Source: Felis catus (lineage: Eukaryota). Taken from it: a stretch of DNA of 64,000 bases. The first letter of the stretch is position 1. Every line of letters starts with the position of its first letter. The notes below the pieces were generated by a model. It ran no database searches. It was not told where the DNA came from and saw nothing but the letters and a program-made list of their open reading frames with translations. Of this stretch, positions 62,636 through 64,000 are shown in pieces. The position numbers were made by a program, and so were the translations under genes. The stretch lies in the NCBI RefSeq assembly GCF_018350175.1, contig NC_058377.1, forward strand, positions 61,752,001-61,816,000, in the 5' to 3' direction.

Positions 62636-63729
62636 CATGTGCACACGTATATGCATAGGGGTGAGTGGGGGGTAAATTAATTTAAAATACTTCCAGAGGT
62701 CCTTCCTGCCCTGTCAGTCCAGGATTCTACTGTGATTCCTGTGCCATCCCAGATGATGTTGACCTTAAAATGTACCCAGTTTAGGGAAGTGGTTTTCTCC
62801 TTCCCTCTGCTGCCTTCCTTCCCTGCCCAGAGGAACCTTCCTTGAAAGTCTCTTTAGGTTCCCTGGGTTGTTGTTGCAGTGGAATCATGGGTGTGTCTGA
62901 GCCAGAAAGAAGGTCCAACGGATCAGGTAGGTCATCTTCTAGAACTGTGAGCCAAGAGATTATTTCTATCATCGTGACAGAATTATTTCCATCTGTATAT
63001 CATCATGACAGACTATTTTCATGAGCTTTAAAGTCTGTATACAAATCCATCAGCCTTTGTTCTTGCCTCATTCTGACCTTTACACATCATCCTTTAAGTT
63101 GCTACCTAGTCATTTTAAAGCACAGAACATCTAAACCCAGTGTGGATCCAGATTCTATTCTTTTTTAGTTAATTTTTGAATCATTTGCTCCAGGCTGTGG
63201 TCACTGCCACTTCTTAACCTTGCTTTGAACCTCGATCACTCATGTATCTATATTCATTCAACAGGCATTTCTGGGTGTTTTTATTTACTGTGCTTTTTGC
63301 CTTATATCCATATTTATCAAAAATATCTTTGTTCACCACTTCCTGACATTAGTCCACACCTTACCCTGAGACTGCCTCCACACACATGCTTGTCTCCCTA
63401 GCAGCCAGGGTCAGGCATCTCCACACCAAGACAAGAGAGTCGTTTCTCCTTTAGCAGACCCAAAAGGAAGTACAATTTAGAGGGATAATTTTCTATCAGC
63501 CTCGAGTTTTTCTCTGATGGAGACTGTAACCCCTTTAATACTGGGAATTTTCTGACTGTGGCCATCTGTCAATTTTCAGGAAAGAGATCATTGGCAACCT
63601 AAATCTGTGAGCTTTGTTTTCTTCTTCCCTTCCCTCAGTGTCCAGGGGTCTTTCTCCATTATAATGTGACCTCACTAGCTTTTTTCTAATTTTTAAGGTA
63701 GCACTGATCCCACAGGATGAGATCTCAAC

Positions 63730-64000
63730 ATGAAGAACTCTAATAGCTCTTTGGAGTTCTTACCTACAACGTTCATTCTGATTGGCATCCCAGGGCTGGA
63801 GGCAGAGCACCTCTGGATATCCATCCCCTTCTGCCTGATGTACATTATCATCTTCCTTGGGAATGGCACCATCCTTCATGTCATCAGAACAGACACTGCC
63901 CTACACCAGCCCATGTACCTCCTTCTTGCCATGTTGGCACTGGCTGAGGTTGGTGTCTCTGCATCTACTCTGCCTACGGTGCTAGGCATCTTCCTTTTTG
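63730..64000 (+). CDS. OR51J1: Olfactory receptor 51J1, 5' part (truncated by the window end; intactness unknown)
   Basis: Manual translation MKNSNSSLEFLPTTFILIGIPGLEAEHLWISIPFCLMYIIIFLGNGTILHVIRTDTALHQPMYLLLAMLALAEVGVSASTLPTVLGIFLF matches the recalled human OR51J1 N-terminus, including LAEV in TM2. It follows OR51M1 as in human. Confidence 0.88.
   Translation, partial: MKNSNSSLEFLPTTFILIGIPGLEAEHLWISIPFCLMYIIIFLGNGTILHVIRTDTALHQPMYLLLAMLALAEVGVSASTLPTVLGIFLF

Overview
Mammalian, repeat-rich genomic DNA from a felid (cat-family SINEC_Fc-type CanSINEs), in a draft assembly with five N gaps. The window lies in the class I olfactory receptor (OR51) cluster, which in human and mouse sits 5' of the beta-globin locus. 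Gene order: OR51B5-like 5' end (minus, cut by the window start), intact OR51B6 (+), an OR51B pseudogene (+), an intact inverted OR51Q1-like gene (-), intact OR51M1 (+) and the 5' part of OR51J1 (+, cut by the window end). Gene names rest on my recall of the human proteins, not on an alignment. Almost all other ORFs in the track are repeat-derived or random. The most notable non-coding signals are three. (1) A near-consensus CTCF motif at 43483-43501 and a GATA cluster at 40481-40617 lie between OR51B6 and OR51M1, where the distal beta-globin hypersensitive sites map (human HS-111/-107, mouse HS-62.5/-60.7). (2) A CanSINE insertion carries a 97-bp 3' transduction inside one target-site duplication (TSD). 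(3) A twin-primed inverted L1 was later hit twice at the same site by SINEs. I see no evidence of a new protein-coding system.
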